This document shows positions 23,930 through 49,597 of a stretch of DNA of 64,000 nt, in pieces. Below the pieces are notes generated by a model. The model made no database searches and had not been told where the DNA came from. It worked only from the letters and a program-made list of their open reading frames with translations. This DNA is from Amoebidium appalachense. Taxonomy: Eukaryota > Protista > Ichthyosporea. The position numbers and the translations under genes are program-made. The stretch covers positions 6,325,794-6,389,793 of the forward strand of contig CAVNZM010000010.1 in NCBI GenBank assembly GCA_963693365.1, in the 5' to 3' direction. Numbering within the stretch: the stretch's first letter is position 1; each line of letters starts with the position of its first letter.

Positions 23930-26900
23930 ACCCGCATCCCCATTCTTCACCTCCTCCCCCGTTCCCAAGTTCCCTCTCCCTTTCCCCTAGTGGGCTGAAG
24001 ATAAATCACCGTTCTGTGGGCACATGAAGGGTGGATAGCATGCGCGTGAAGGCAAAAATATACGGTTGTAAGGATAGGTATCTCTAGACCTGCACTTGAA
24101 ATGAATGAATGCACAATTTGATTGGTTGCCTCCTTCAGCCGTCGAAATCAGCTACTGTAGGTAGATTGTTTGAGACATGTGTGGTTGGTGTACATGAAAG
24201 AATCTCTATATATTCAATTTAGCCCGTCACAAGGTTTATCTATCTCGTTGACGAGCATGTGAACACACCTTTCAGCAGCAGTGGGTACTTGCAGATTCTC
24301 TGTACGGGCTTGAGAAGAAAGGAGCCCAAATCCAGCATGCGGCACACTGGAAGCTGTTGCCCACCAGTGTCAGTGATTGAACCTAACAGGCACCCAGCAT
24401 CACAAATGTTTTGGTTTTTTGTTACGAATAGAAACAGCCAAACTAGGTAATACAATTGAATAACAAATACCCAGCAAGACACATAGTGTTTTCGTATGGG
24501 AATAGAGACGTACTTTCGAATAGTGAATGGAAAGAGGAGGCCATGAAAAGAAAGAAGGGAGAAAGATACGAGGGAGGGGTGCAGTGGGTGATGCAGATGC
24601 ATGGGTTGGTGGTGATTTTGCGTGAGCAAGAGTGCGCGAATATGGAAAGGAAATTCCTGTTTTACTTGCAAGTGCGGATGCATATGCGTGTATGTCTTTA
24701 GACGGGAAGTGTGGCAAGGGGTGGTGGGTGGGGGTGGTGAGGGTGGTGGTGGTGGTGGTGGTGGTGGGGGGGGGGGGAGGGGAGGGCTTGCCTTTTGGCA
24801 CTTTGCCAGAAACTCCGAGAAGGGTTTGCTCTTGATAGAGATGAGCTTGCTTACTGCATACGGATGATTTGCACAGTACATGGTGTACATCTTGAGGAAC
24901 GGGATGACAGATGCAAAGATATCTCCCACCTGTGTGGGAAAAGAACATGTCAGATGCGAAAAGATTACATTCCACGGTGAATAGGAATGAGTTGTCCCAA
25001 GCAGTAGTTTGAATGCGCAGAAGATACGATAATATGAAAAACGATAAAAGTGATCTCCGAGTTGTGCTAAACATCCTTAGGGCTTTGGTTGTAAGAACGT
25101 GAGCAAACCTCTTTTAGTTCGTGATTGTAGCTACCACATAAAGCTACAACAAACTGTAACTATCAGAAGCCTAACCCTTTAAGAGGAGACATCATTTTGC
25201 ATTCATAAAAAGGATAGAATTATATGTGTATGCTGTGGGGGCCAACCAGATCAATGACCCCCCCTGCCGCTCTTTTCTTCTCCAACTCGTCCAGAAGTCG
25301 TTGGTTGATGGGGAGCAGCTGGTCAATGTTGGAGAAGATCGTGCCGTGGTCCCTCGGGGAGATAAGCTGTGAGGAGGAGACATTGTGGCAAGGATTAGTT
25401 CCTCATATTAGCCGTTATCCTTCCCCCCCCCCCCCCCAAAAAAAAAAAAAGATAATAATAATAATAATAACGCTCACACACACATGCGGGAAACTACACC
25501 CATTTCCTCTTCTCCCACTAGTGCTTGTAACCCACACGAGCACGCTTCGTGTGTGTGTGTGGTTTTTGTGTGCGTCCCATGTATTGATTTAGGGTGCTTG
25601 TCTGGGTGCGGGCGAAAAAAAAAAACCACGAATGTCTGTGTCCATGCACGTGTAAGGAAAAAAAATTGTTGTTGTTGTTGTTCATGGTGGTGGGGAGGGG
25701 GGGGAGGGGGGGGGGGGGGGGAGAAGGGAAGGGGGGAGGGGGGGGGGGGGGGGGAGCAGGCGCTCATGGGTATTCACTCTGAAAGGGACGTGTGCTCCTC
25801 AGGAAAGGGTATATTCCTCTGTGGGTGCATGGATCCGTGCATGTATTTTACTTTGGAGTAATGAGGACAGATTAAAAAACAGCGTGTAGGGGGGGGGGGG
25901 GGGGGGGGGGCTTGCTTTATGCAAACTACATGCAAAAGAGGCCCGTTTGGGGGTGAAGAGGGGGGGGGGGGGGGGGGGGGAGGCAAGCAGAGCAGAGCGA
26001 AGATCACCTTCGGAGAAAGCAAAAACAACCCCGTAAATGGGAACCTGAGAAAAGGGGAAGGAAAAAGAAGGGTAGGAAACGTTGCGGAAGGAAGGGTAGG
26101 GTGTGGGTGAGTGGGTGGGCGGGTGGGCGGCCCGTGTTTTGGGGGGGGGAGGGTGGAGGAGAGGGGGGGGGGGGGGGGGGGAGGCTCCTTAAGCCACCAC
26201 AAGTAACAAAAACACATTTGAACCTGAAGATACAGAGGACCGGGTATAAGATGTACCTTCTGATTGGTTAGGGGCCGCTCAAATATGTTGATGATCACCT
26301 CGAGATCACGGCAGTAGTCTCTCTCGGTCTGCAGCAGCTCGAAGATAACCTGAAGGGGGGGAGGTGGGCACGGTACGCACATATGAGCTATAGTTTGCTT
26401 CCATACGGCATATGACTGACTGAGAAAGAATGCCGAAGCAAATGCTCGTTTTGTTGGTAAGTAATGCGAGGACAGAAGGGAGGGTGGTGGAAGGGGGGAA
26501 GGGAGCCGGCGGGAAGGGGGGAGGGGGGGGGAGGGGGGAGGGGGAGGGGGACACCAGCACGGCACCATTCAAAAGTTAAGAAGGCAACAACGATGATCCG
26601 GTTGCAGGGATTTCTGACGAAAGTAGCAACCAACACGCAGAGGGAGGTTACCTAGCGTTAACTGAGCTCGGCCATGGGATGGAGAGGTGGGGGTGGGGTA
26701 CGTGGGGAAGGGGGGGAGGGGGGGGGGGGGGGGGGGGGGGAGAGAGAGAGATCAGGAGACCGAGCAAGCTCGCGAGAGAGCTCGCGAGAGAGAGCTCGAG
26801 AGCTCGAGAGACAGAGAGGGAGAGGGGGGGGGGGGGGAGAGAGAGAGAGAGAGGGAGAGAGAGAGGGAGAGAGATATATATATATACATAGAGAGGGGAT

Positions 26901-27263
26901 GGGAAGGAAAAGGGCTAGGCCGGGGAATGGGAGCAGGAGAAAGAGGAGAGGGGTGGAATGAGAGGAGGAAACAGTGAGCATGAAAAAGGAGGAGGAGATG
27001 ATATTTTTTGGTAAGAGGAGGAAGGGGACGAGGGTAATCAATTGATATTTTTTGGTGAGAGGAGGAAGGCGGCGACGGGAATTGATTGCCTATAAATGCC
27101 CATCTTCCTCTGAAGCAGTTATGCTGGCCGCCTTCCGTCTCCTCCCCTCCCCCCCTCTGCGCCTCACCTCAACCCTCCTCCTCCCAAATCACATTGGGCA
27201 TATATATATATATATAAGACAGATTCAAATGTGACCGCCACACCACAGCGTTTTTTGCTTCCG

Positions 27264-27301
<38 letters not shown>

Positions 27302-28682
27302 TTTCTGGCTTTGGCCCTCCCGGGCTTCCCGTCGGCACCAACAGAAGCCCGTGCTAACTTCTTGCCATGCATATCAAAGGATGGAAGCGGGTAAAAGGTT
27401 ATCAAGGCCAGATAATCAGCAACAAGGAAAGGTTGGAAGATAACTTGGAGACCACATGGGGGGGGGGGGGGGGTATATTAATCAGCGTGTGGGCGCATTC
27501 CCTTTCTTGCAGGAGGGAAGGAAAGGGGGGGATGGGAGGAGTTGGGTGGCCGGGTTGGCGTTTGTGTGTGTGTGTTGGGGGGGAAGGGGGGGGGAGGGGG
27601 GAGGGGGGAAGACACAAAATCTACACAACATCTGTTCAGGGCAGCAGATAAATATGTAGTACACACGTCGACAGGCAAAGTAATAAGAAAATAATCTTAC
27701 CTCCTGCCGCTTTTTCTCCTCCTTGCTCATGGTGCTCAAGACACTCTCTGGAATGGCATCAGACCACTGTTCCTTCGGCTCCATGGGCCCACCGGCACCG
27801 ACAACTATGCTGCAGAGCAGATCCTGTGGTCAGAATCCCTCCCTATAATCCCCTCCCCCCTCCTGCCCCTTCCTCCCCTTCCTTTTCGCCCCTTGATCTC
27901 CCTCCTCTTTCACACATGGCCCCACATGCATAACTGATAAGATTTCAATCCCCAGCCTTTTAGATTTGCTTCTTCTCCTTTGCCACAAATCATAAAAACG
28001 TAAAACATGTAAACAACGTTTGCTCCATTAACAACATCACCAGACTCAAAAACGGTACCTCCACAAATCCGCCCCCCCCCCCCCCCCCCCCCCCCCCCTC
28101 CTTTCCTTCCCCCCCTTCTCGGGGAAAAAAAAAAATACCAACTTTCAAATAGCACGCAAAGGGTGACGGGGTTTGAAATCATGTTGCAACTAGCAAGGTG
28201 GTTCCAGGTGATGTTAAGAGTACGCGTACCGAAAGTGCCCCCCAAAACACAAAATTTCTGTCACGAACCTGACGACTCTTGGTGATCCGGGGGATCCAGG
28301 GGCGTCTGGGGGCTTGCTGATAGAACTGGGCCGGCTTGTGCTTGGGTCTCCACTTTGGGTGGTGGAGCCGCTTGAAGCAGAAATGGCGTCTTGGCTGGGC
28401 TGGGATGTAGTCTTGCTTGCTGGTGACTTGGGGTCTTGGAACAGTTCTTTGGTCACCTGACCTCTGATGTACGAAGAACGGGGTGAGTGATAGTATTGGG
28501 GTCGGATGTATCATATCAAATCTAAGTGATACGTGGTGTGCACGTATTTGCTAAGTTTAGTGGGGCTTCTGCGATGGTGCATGAAGGAGAAAGGGAAAAA
28601 AAGGAGAGGAACACGTCGAGAAAGGGTGTACGTGTGTGTGTGTGTGTGTTTAAGTGTGTGTGTGTGTGTGTGTTTGTGTGTG

Positions 28683-28714
<32 letters not shown>

Positions 28715-28744
28715 CGCGCCCCCACATCTGCGTGCGTGCGAGTT

Positions 28745-28792
<48 letters not shown>

Positions 28793-28914
28793 TGTGTGTG
28801 TGCGTGCGCGCATGCATGCTCGTGTGTGTGTGTGTGTGCGCGCATGCGTGCTTGTGTGTGTGTGTGTGTGTGCGCATGCATGCTCGTGTGTGTGTGTGCG
28901 CACGCGCATGCGTG

Positions 28915-28984
<70 letters not shown>

Positions 28985-29566
28985 AAGCATGCACGCATGC
29001 ATGCATGCATGTGTGGTGCGTGAGTGTTTGCAAGTGGGCGCACCCTAAAGTTTGTGTACGCCCATAGTGTGCATTTGTGCATATGCTTGCACCCAGTCCC
29101 GTCTGAGCTGCCAGCTGACACCTATGTGTATGCGAGCATGGCTTTCTGTATATGTTGGCGTGAAATTGTGACCACGCTGTCTTCTTCCTGTTTTATAACA
29201 TTTGTGGTACAATGGCTTGAATGTGCACATAACGCAAGGGGTGTTGTTGGATGAACAGGTGGGGATGTACTTTTGTGCATTTTATTATTGGTCTAAATTA
29301 GATTGCCGCAGCCTGTAGCAGCAAGTTATAGTGAAAAGTCCATGCACTGCTTCTCGTGTCTGTATTACAAACATGGGGACCCCCTACAGGGGGGGTGGTG
29401 GGGAGTGGGTCGGAGAGGGGGGGGGGGGGAGGGGGTTGTAACGAGGGGCTATTGCTAGAATGTAGCGCTTGTATTCGTCTGCGTGCATACGTGTGTGCAT
29501 GTGTGTGTGTGTGTGTGTGTGCGCGCACGCGCGCTTGTGTGTGCGTGTGAATGTATGTGTGTATGT

Positions 29567-29601
<35 letters not shown>

Positions 29602-29900
29602 AGGCGGGGGAGAGCAGGAGGGTTCGTGCATCATGTTGTTTTGAATGCCTGTGTCTGGGCGCGGATGTATGTGGTGGGAGGAAAGAGTTCCAGGAAAAAG
29701 GATTGACGAACAGGAAACAGGTTATGAGTCTGTGCAGTGGTGTGTGTTTCTGTGACAGCGCGCCTGGGTGTTACCGGGATGTGTGTTACGTAGAGCATGT
29801 GTATATCCGTATTTTCACACACGATGCATGTGTGCACATGCACAACAATGTCGAATGTGTGCGTGTGTGTCGCAGTGTGTATGTCTTTATTGTTCCAGAA

Positions 29901-29967
<67 letters not shown>

Positions 29968-30320
29968 CGGTGTGTGTGCGTACACCGCTGGCACCCGTGT
30001 GTGTCCGCGCGCACGTGCGTGTATATGTGCGTGCATGTTTGTTTCACGGTGTGTGTAAGTGTGTCTGTGTGTGTATGTGTGTTTATTGCTCCAGCAGGTT
30101 TGTGTGTGTATGTGAGTGTGTGGCGCGTGCACGCGAGCGCGCGTGTGTGTGTGACGGTGTGTGTGCGTATGCGTGCTGTCATCCGTATGTGTGTGTGTGC
30201 GCGTGTGCGTGTCTGTGGGTGTGTGTGTTTGTTTTACTCTGTGTGTAAGTGTGTCTGTGCGTGTATTTGTGTTTATTACTCCAGTAGGTTTGTGCGTGTA
30301 TGTGCATGTGTGTGTGTCAC

Positions 30321-30372
<52 letters not shown>

Positions 30373-30378
30373 TGTGTT

Positions 30379-30422
<44 letters not shown>

Positions 30423-32121
30423 ACGGTGTGTGTGTGTGTGTGTGTGTGCATGCGCGTGTGTACGTGTGTGTGTGTGTGTGTGTGTGCGCGTGTGTGTGAG
30501 TGTATGTGTATGTGTGCGTGTGCACGCACGATCACGGTCACGCTGACAGTGTGCCTATACATGTGTGAGTGATACATGTGTGAGTGTGTGCATGTGAGTG
30601 CATATGTGTGTTTACGTCACCCTGCTGTTGACTTTTCACAGAGGGGAAAAACTGAAAGGTTAGTACTGAGTGTCTTCGTGCCAAACACAACTTTGTCGTG
30701 CAGCACGGAGTGCTCATGATATGAACCAAAGAACCATTAATGTGGGGAAGCTTACGGTGTGTTCGCTGCTGAGCTGGCCCCTCTGACAGTCCCATTGGCA
30801 CCGTTGACCTTTAGCCCAGAGGCTGTGGTGTAGGCTGTTCCCGACTTGTATCTGTTATTACAAAAAAAATAAGAAAAATAGCTTATGAAGCGAATCATCA
30901 TGCACATTATACGGCAGGCAGTCAAGCAGGTCCTGGGCACTTACGACTGATATTTCTGGAACCAGCTTCGCCTGCCCTCAAAGAGCTGGTCTGCTGCATC
31001 CTCTGCAGCTTTGGTTGCCGCAACCTGGGCATCATTCTGCTGCTGGTTGAGCTCCTTGATCTGCAAATGCAGTGGTCAGTGCACATGGATATTAAAGACT
31101 AGCAAGGTTTGGGGGGTTAGCCTAACTAAGGGTGAGATCTACGGTTTCCAGAAATAAATACAGAGGCTCTATCTGGTTGTTCTGGAACAGCGGCATGGAG
31201 AAATCGAAAAAAATGTGTCGCAAGGACTGCTTGTCGTTTATCCACGCTACCCAATGGCATGAATCTAAACACGAAAAGTAGCACGATAAGTTGAGAAATA
31301 ATTGAATCATAATAGTGCACTATTACTCAAGTGCTTGCCACATCGAGATAATATTTCTTAGGGGTATCGGAACATTTAAATCGCATGTGTTTTATGATTG
31401 TACGGCTGTAGGTAAATGAAATACATACCTGTTCGTTGGTTGCAGGGGCTACGTAGGTAGCAGGGAAATAGCCCTCAATACCGTATAGCTCACCAAACCA
31501 CCAGCCGTTGTTGATCTCAGATGCACTGTGCAAGGATGAGCTTCAAAACTCAATCCGATGGCATATGGTACAATCACTTAACACTTTGCCTACTAAAACC
31601 AAATCTCCTCCACGTCCACATCAACATTGAAATTTCAAAGAATTTTTCCCAGTAACGAAGTTTAAATCCGTCGTAAAGAAGGTTACCAACCATACATACC
31701 TGGAATGGCAGAGAAACTTTACATTCACGGCACCCCCCAATATCTTCCTTAAACAGAAACCCTGGTGCAAAGTTTAAAACTTGGCTAACCACGAAAGGTT
31801 TGGAAAAGAATGCATTTGAAAGGCCCTGGGATTACTCGTTTAATTCGGTCGAATTTCGCTGAGCTCGAACCACCCTTCATCAAACGGATTCACCTGTACA
31901 CCGGTACGGAGGAAACGTGCAACGTGGCCATGGCAATTTAGAAGAACGAACATTTGATCGTTGGCTACTTACTCTATGAGCTTGATGATGTCCCCCTCTT
32001 CAAAAGACAAATCATCCTCCTCCTCCCCCTCAAACTGATAAAGAGCTAACAAGAATGTGCCTGGAGGTAGGGGGGCAGCCGAAGAACAACCAGAACTAGA
32101 CAGATTGTCAGCCATGGTCAT
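13379..32121 (-). CDS. SH3-RhoGEF(DH)-PH-PX protein, ~27 exons
   Basis: SH3: 32121-31973 ([25 protein letters not shown]) and 31525-31429 ([19 protein letters not shown]). Linkers: 31060-30945, 30851-30756, 28463-28269. DH: 27809-27701 (EKKRQE), 26349-26257 ([16 protein letters not shown]), 25366-25247 (IFSNIDQLL), 24929-24792 ([16 protein letters not shown]), 24353-24269 ([20 protein letters not shown]), 23771-23701, 23198-23115. PH: 22516-22399 ([16 protein letters not shown]), 21868-21767, ~21380-21285, ~20815-20703. Ser/Pro-rich exons: 19902-19730, 19423-19310, 18574-18477, 17790-17607, 17097-17033, 16675-16523, ~16289-16215. PX: 15755-15623 ([15 protein letters not shown]), 15048-14921 ([23 protein letters not shown]), 14347-14170 ([18 protein letters not shown]). 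Last exon 13419-13379 is tentative. Confidence 0.88.
28630..30600. repeat. Large compound (TG)n/(GC)n microsatellite field in a RhoGEF intron, representative of many in the window
   Basis: Long interrupted TG-dinucleotide arrays; the source of the spurious CVCV/HTHT ORFs. Confidence 0.9.
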
Positions 32122-33122
32122 GTTCACCGTTGCAAGCACGGTTGGATAACAGAATATACAAATTTGGTGATGTTGGGGTGCGCACGCCTCCTGCTATCAC
32201 AAACAGGGAAAAAGCCCAGTTAAAATCTTTACAAGAATCCTAATGCACCTGCCTCCTCTCGTGAAAGAAAGTTGGTGACAAACGCAACAAGGTGCTTGAA
32301 ACAGTGCTTGTGTGTTACGAAACTCAGTTGAGGTTCAGCCTGTGACTCAGGGAGCCTGTGAGCCAGCACCAGAAAGGTTCAACAGCACTGAGGAGCCTGC
32401 GCCAAATTCCTGGCAAAAGGGGCAAATTCAAGAAACAAGACTCAACCTGTTTCATCCTCGTAAACTACATGTAAAAGAAAGCGAAAGGCTCTCTCAAGTG
32501 CAACAAAAAAAAATAAACAAAAACAGTAATGAAAAAAGGGGCTGCTGTTTAGCAATGTAGTGAGCGCCATTCTTTGAATCTCATTCTACCTATATCAAAA
32601 CAAGTACATTTTCATAGTTCGGGTCTTTTGCATGCCTCTGAGCTGGTGCTCATTTAACCAATCAGACGCTGTCTCTTTGAGCCATATGAGCCAATAAGCG
32701 ATTGGGTGGATTCGTGCATGCAAATGACCTGGTTATCTGGAAGGTACATAACAATGGAGCGAAAACAGAATAGAAAACAGATTGGAAATAATAATAAAAA
32801 CGCACAAATATTACCTATATAGCTAATGAGCTAGCACCCTATTTACAAGTTACGTTCTTAGAAGTGTACCAATTCACCCTAAACTCATGACTCGCCATCG
32901 CCGCCTTGCAATGCGGCTTACCGTCATGATCCCAAGTGATATCAGAAATTTTCCCGCCAAAAATTATGTCCACCAATAAATATACACTCATTTAAGCCAT
33001 GTTTGGCGGATGAATAACCCATGTTTTTCGGCCCCACTAGCCAGTGGCCACCACCAGTCGAACTGTCGCGGGCATAATTTTTTTTTTTCGAAAAGGGGCT
33101 TTGAGACATCAGTAGACACACC
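32122..33122. promoter_or_regulatory. Probable bidirectional promoter between the RhoGEF and phnA genes
   Basis: About 1 kb of microsatellite-free sequence between two divergent ATGs. Clustered CCAAT/ATTGG boxes at ~32659, 32692, 32701, 32781, 32869 and 32973, and an E2F-like TTTTCCCGCC at ~32949. Confidence 0.55.
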
Positions 33123-45819
<12,697 letters not shown>

Positions 45820-45964
45820 ATGGCTTTGGCATGAACCTCACCTAAGAGCAGTTTTTAAAATTTTCCTTAAAAGTTGTCCGAGTATGGACTGATGTTCTTG
45901 GCCAGAAGCAACGAGCCAAGCAGGAAGACGGTTTGCAAAGCTCGGATTGAGTCTTGGGCTTTTT

Positions 45965-46046
<82 letters not shown>

Positions 46047-46170
46047 CAGAAGGCATTCGTGTGGCCCATTTTTTTTCTCTTATTAATTTGAGTTCATTCG
46101 CTGTGCGTTTTTCTTTCGCATATTTTTTTCGTTCCTTTTTTTTCTTTTTCTTTTTATGGTGTGTGTGTGA

Positions 46171-46208
<38 letters not shown>

Positions 46209-46246
46209 TGGTGGTGGTGATGGTAGTGGGGAGGGCCCGGGTGGGT

Positions 46247-46284
<38 letters not shown>

Positions 46285-46513
46285 GTCGCACTTGCTACTT
46301 TGGTTCATACACGGGCGCATAAAAGGAAATGCATTTCCTTTGCTACTGAATATTCGTTGATTGATTGGTTGAGTGCCGCGGAAAACACTGACCATGAAAA
46401 ATATCCGCTAAAGTTGTGCAATGCTAGAATTCTACGAGTCTGCATGTACATACCATCATGATATCATTCTTTAGATCCGTCAAGTTATCAAACAAGCCAT
46501 CGCCAAGCCTTAA

Positions 46514-47433
46514 AATATGGACTTCCGCTATTGGCCTGCGCCCCACCTCGCGAGGCGGCCATGGCGCTGAAAGAGTTCGACGATTTTCAGGGTACTGCGC
46601 TGCGCACTTTGTTTCGTACTCGGTTTGTGCCTCCCTTTATCAGTATGTTTGGATTGTCGTCTGCTGTTTGTCGTATGGAGGAATTGTCTCTTCGTTTTTG
46701 TTTTCATTTAGTTAGGATACCTGATGGTCACCCTCTTTATGCTTTCTTTCCCCCCTCCCTCCATCCCTCTTCCCCCCCGATTCACCAACGCTACTTCTGA
46801 ATGTCCTCAGCCTACCCTCTTTTAACCTGATTCTTCCTCTCGCTTTCTCACTCCCTCTTTCTTTTCTCTTTCCTGTTTTTTCTGCCTTTTTGCGTTATTA
46901 CCATACCCAGTATAAGTTTCTTTCTCGTTCTGACAGAGAAATCAAAGGTAAAACTCAGTCGGCATGTGTTATGTTCCTTAGGCAACACCGTACTGATCAT
47001 TATCGCTTTTTGGGAGCCTTGGCAAGGATACATTTCTCCTGCTGTACGTATGGATACCACCCTAGTAGATAAGTCTGTATGGTGCTCTGATGTTGATATT
47101 GCCTGGGAAGTTGTGCAGTGGCGCTGTAATTCTTGTTTTCATCGCCGCTGGTGCCACTTTTGTGCTGAACTTTTTAATCGCAAGCATGTTGATAGGTGTG
47201 AGTTTTTATGTCGCGTTTTACCTCTTTCCCTACGGGTGTCTGCTACACTAGCTGGCAATGTGAACACTTTAGACTTTTTGTTGAATTCTGTTGGTCGTCA
47301 CATGGAAGTGTTCAGGTATCTCAGTATGCACTTGTTACTGGATAACTCGTGAAGTTTTTATTGTCTTCTCAGTATGCCATGCATACTTGCATATCTTTCC
47401 GTCGAATAAATCCAGTCAAAAGAAGAAAAAAAA
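46514..47433 (+). mobile_element. 5'-truncated, degenerate non-LTR retrotransposon 3' fragment (family A) with 3'UTR and A-rich tail
   Basis: Translation (with frameshifts) YGLPLLACAPP..HPLY..WRCNSCFHRRWCHFC..FNRKHVDRC..TLDFLLN is homologous to the ORFs at 54584-55798 and 55783-56811. Ends AATAAATCCAGTCAAAAGAAGAAAAAAAA. Confidence 0.8.
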
Positions 47434-47740
47434 CAATTCTTGAGCTTTGCAGTCAAATTTATGCCGACTCGGCATAAATCATGACTGCCGGCCGTGCCGC
47501 GGCAGTGGCGTCGACACTCTACATAGCGACCCCCGCTCTGCAGCTGCACGTAGTTTACAGAGTTACATGTAAGTCGCTGCATATATAGTAGCTTGTCCAT
47601 GCTAGTCATAGAACATCAGGGAAGCCCAGGGAATACGAGTTTATAATCACCCCACAATCCGACACATGGCACGGCTCACATGAACAACAATACAGAGAAT
47701 CTGTCAGGGGTACTGGTGACTAGGGCCTTATATGAAAAGA

Positions 47741-48680
47741 TTTTTTTTTCTTTTGACTGGATTTATTCAACGGAAAGATATGCAAGTATGCACGGCATAC
47801 GGAGAAGACAATAAAAATTTCACGAGTTATCCAGTAACAAATGCATACTGAGATACCTGAACACTGTGTGAAAATCATATAAATATTCAATGTGACGACC
47901 AACAGAATTTAACAAAAAGTCTAAAGTGTTCACATTGCCAGCTAGTGTAGCAGATACCCGGAGGGAAAGAGGTAAAACGCGACATAAAAATTCACACCTA
48001 TCAACATGCTTGCGATTAAAAAGGTCAGCACAAAAGTGGCACCAGCGGCGATGAAAACAAGAATTACAGCGCCACTGCACAACTTCCCAGGCAATATCAA
48101 CATCAGAGCACCATACAGACTTATCTACTAGGGTGGTATCCATACGTACAGCAGGAGAAATGTATCCTGCCAAAGCTCCCAAAAAGCGATAATGATCAGT
48201 ACGGTGTTGCCTAAGGAACATAACACATGCCGACTGAGTTTTACCTTTGATTTCTCTATCAGAACGAGAAAGAAACTTATACTGAGTATGGTAATAACGC
48301 AAAAAGGCAGAAAAAACAGGAAAGAGAAAAGAAAGAGGGAGTGAGATAGCGAGAGGAAGAATCAGGTTGAAAGAGGGTAGGCTGAGGACATTCAGAAGTA
48401 GCGTTGGTGAATCGAGGGGGAAGAGGGATGGAGGGAGGGGGGGGAAAGAAAGCATAAAGAGGGTGACCATCAGGTATCCTAACTAAATGAAAACAAAAAC
48501 GAAGAGACAATTCCTCCATACGACAAACAGCAGACGACAATCCAAACATACTGATTAAGGGAGGCACAGACCGAGTACGAAACAAAGTGCGTAACGCAGT
48601 ACCCTGAAAATCGTCGAACTCGTTCAGCGCCATGGCCGCCTCGCGAGGTGGGGCGCAGGCCAATAGCGGAAGTCCATATT
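47741..48680 (-). mobile_element. Second copy of the family A non-LTR fragment, convergent with the first
   Basis: Near-identical reverse complement of 46514-47433 with the same 5' start (AATATGGACTTCCGC) and the same 3' tail. ORFs 48277-48663 and 47820-48470 are separated only by a frameshift in a C-run. Confidence 0.82.
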
Positions 48681-49512
48681 AGTTGTCTGGACTGGATACC
48701 TTGGGGGCACAGATGGGATACTTTTGATATATCCTTTGATATTCAGGGAGGTTTTCGGGATATGTTGAGATGATACTCAGGGCATTCGCGAAAAAAAAAA
48801 CGGGATAATCTGGGGCCTTTGCGATATTTTCGTGATATATCCAGGTTGATACTCAGGGCGAAAAACAGGATATTTTCATTAGGCCCTACTGGTGAGTGGT
48901 GAGTCATGACCTGGCGCGCATTCCGTCCGGGAATCCGGGGATGACGACGGTCCGCGGGGCCAATCCTCTTTGCCCGCCAGGCGGCCAATCGCGCTAGGCG
49001 CCGCCATCCCAGGTTGGAATCCCCAGATACTCTGTCTTGGGGGGTTGTGTTTGTGAAATATTATTTTAAATAACAGACGTGACCATTTTGTAACTACTAA
49101 CTAATCAATGTGCAGTAGTCAGTTTTACAAGTACTATTTGTTGGGTGGAAGTATTGTGGGCCTTTACGCCGAAAACTCATCACAGCTTACCTACATATCG
49201 TCAATAAACAGCACAAACCTCCCCCCCCCCTGTCCCTCCCCCCACCCCCCCCTCCCCTTGCCCCCAAATATCAACGGTTATCAGTACTGATGCACATATG
49301 TGCAGACACACTGCAGCACATGTGTCGAAGCTGATATTCGAGCCAGTCGGACTGCCACGCCGTCCCACGTTAATATCATGCGGGAAAAAAAAGAGGGGAA
49401 AAAAAGCCATTCGGAGATGTTGCAAGACCCCATTATAAAAAAGCTCTGTCCAAATTGTACATCAATAAAGTCAATATAAATAAAATGTCTGTGCAAAAAA
49501 AAAAATGCACAG

Positions 49513-49597
49513 TAATTACAGTGCATACTTGCTTATCTTTCCGCTGAATAAATCCAATCAAAAGAAAAAATAATTACAGTCCAGTCAAAAGAAAAAA
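49513..49597 (+). mobile_element. Very short family A 3'-end insertion with a 10-bp target-site duplication
   Basis: TAATTACAGT-[GCATACTTGCTTATCTTTCCGCTGAATAAATCCAATCAAAAGAAAAAA]-TAATTACAGT, then a second stub CCAGTCAAAAGAAAAAA; matches 47381-47433. Confidence 0.75.
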
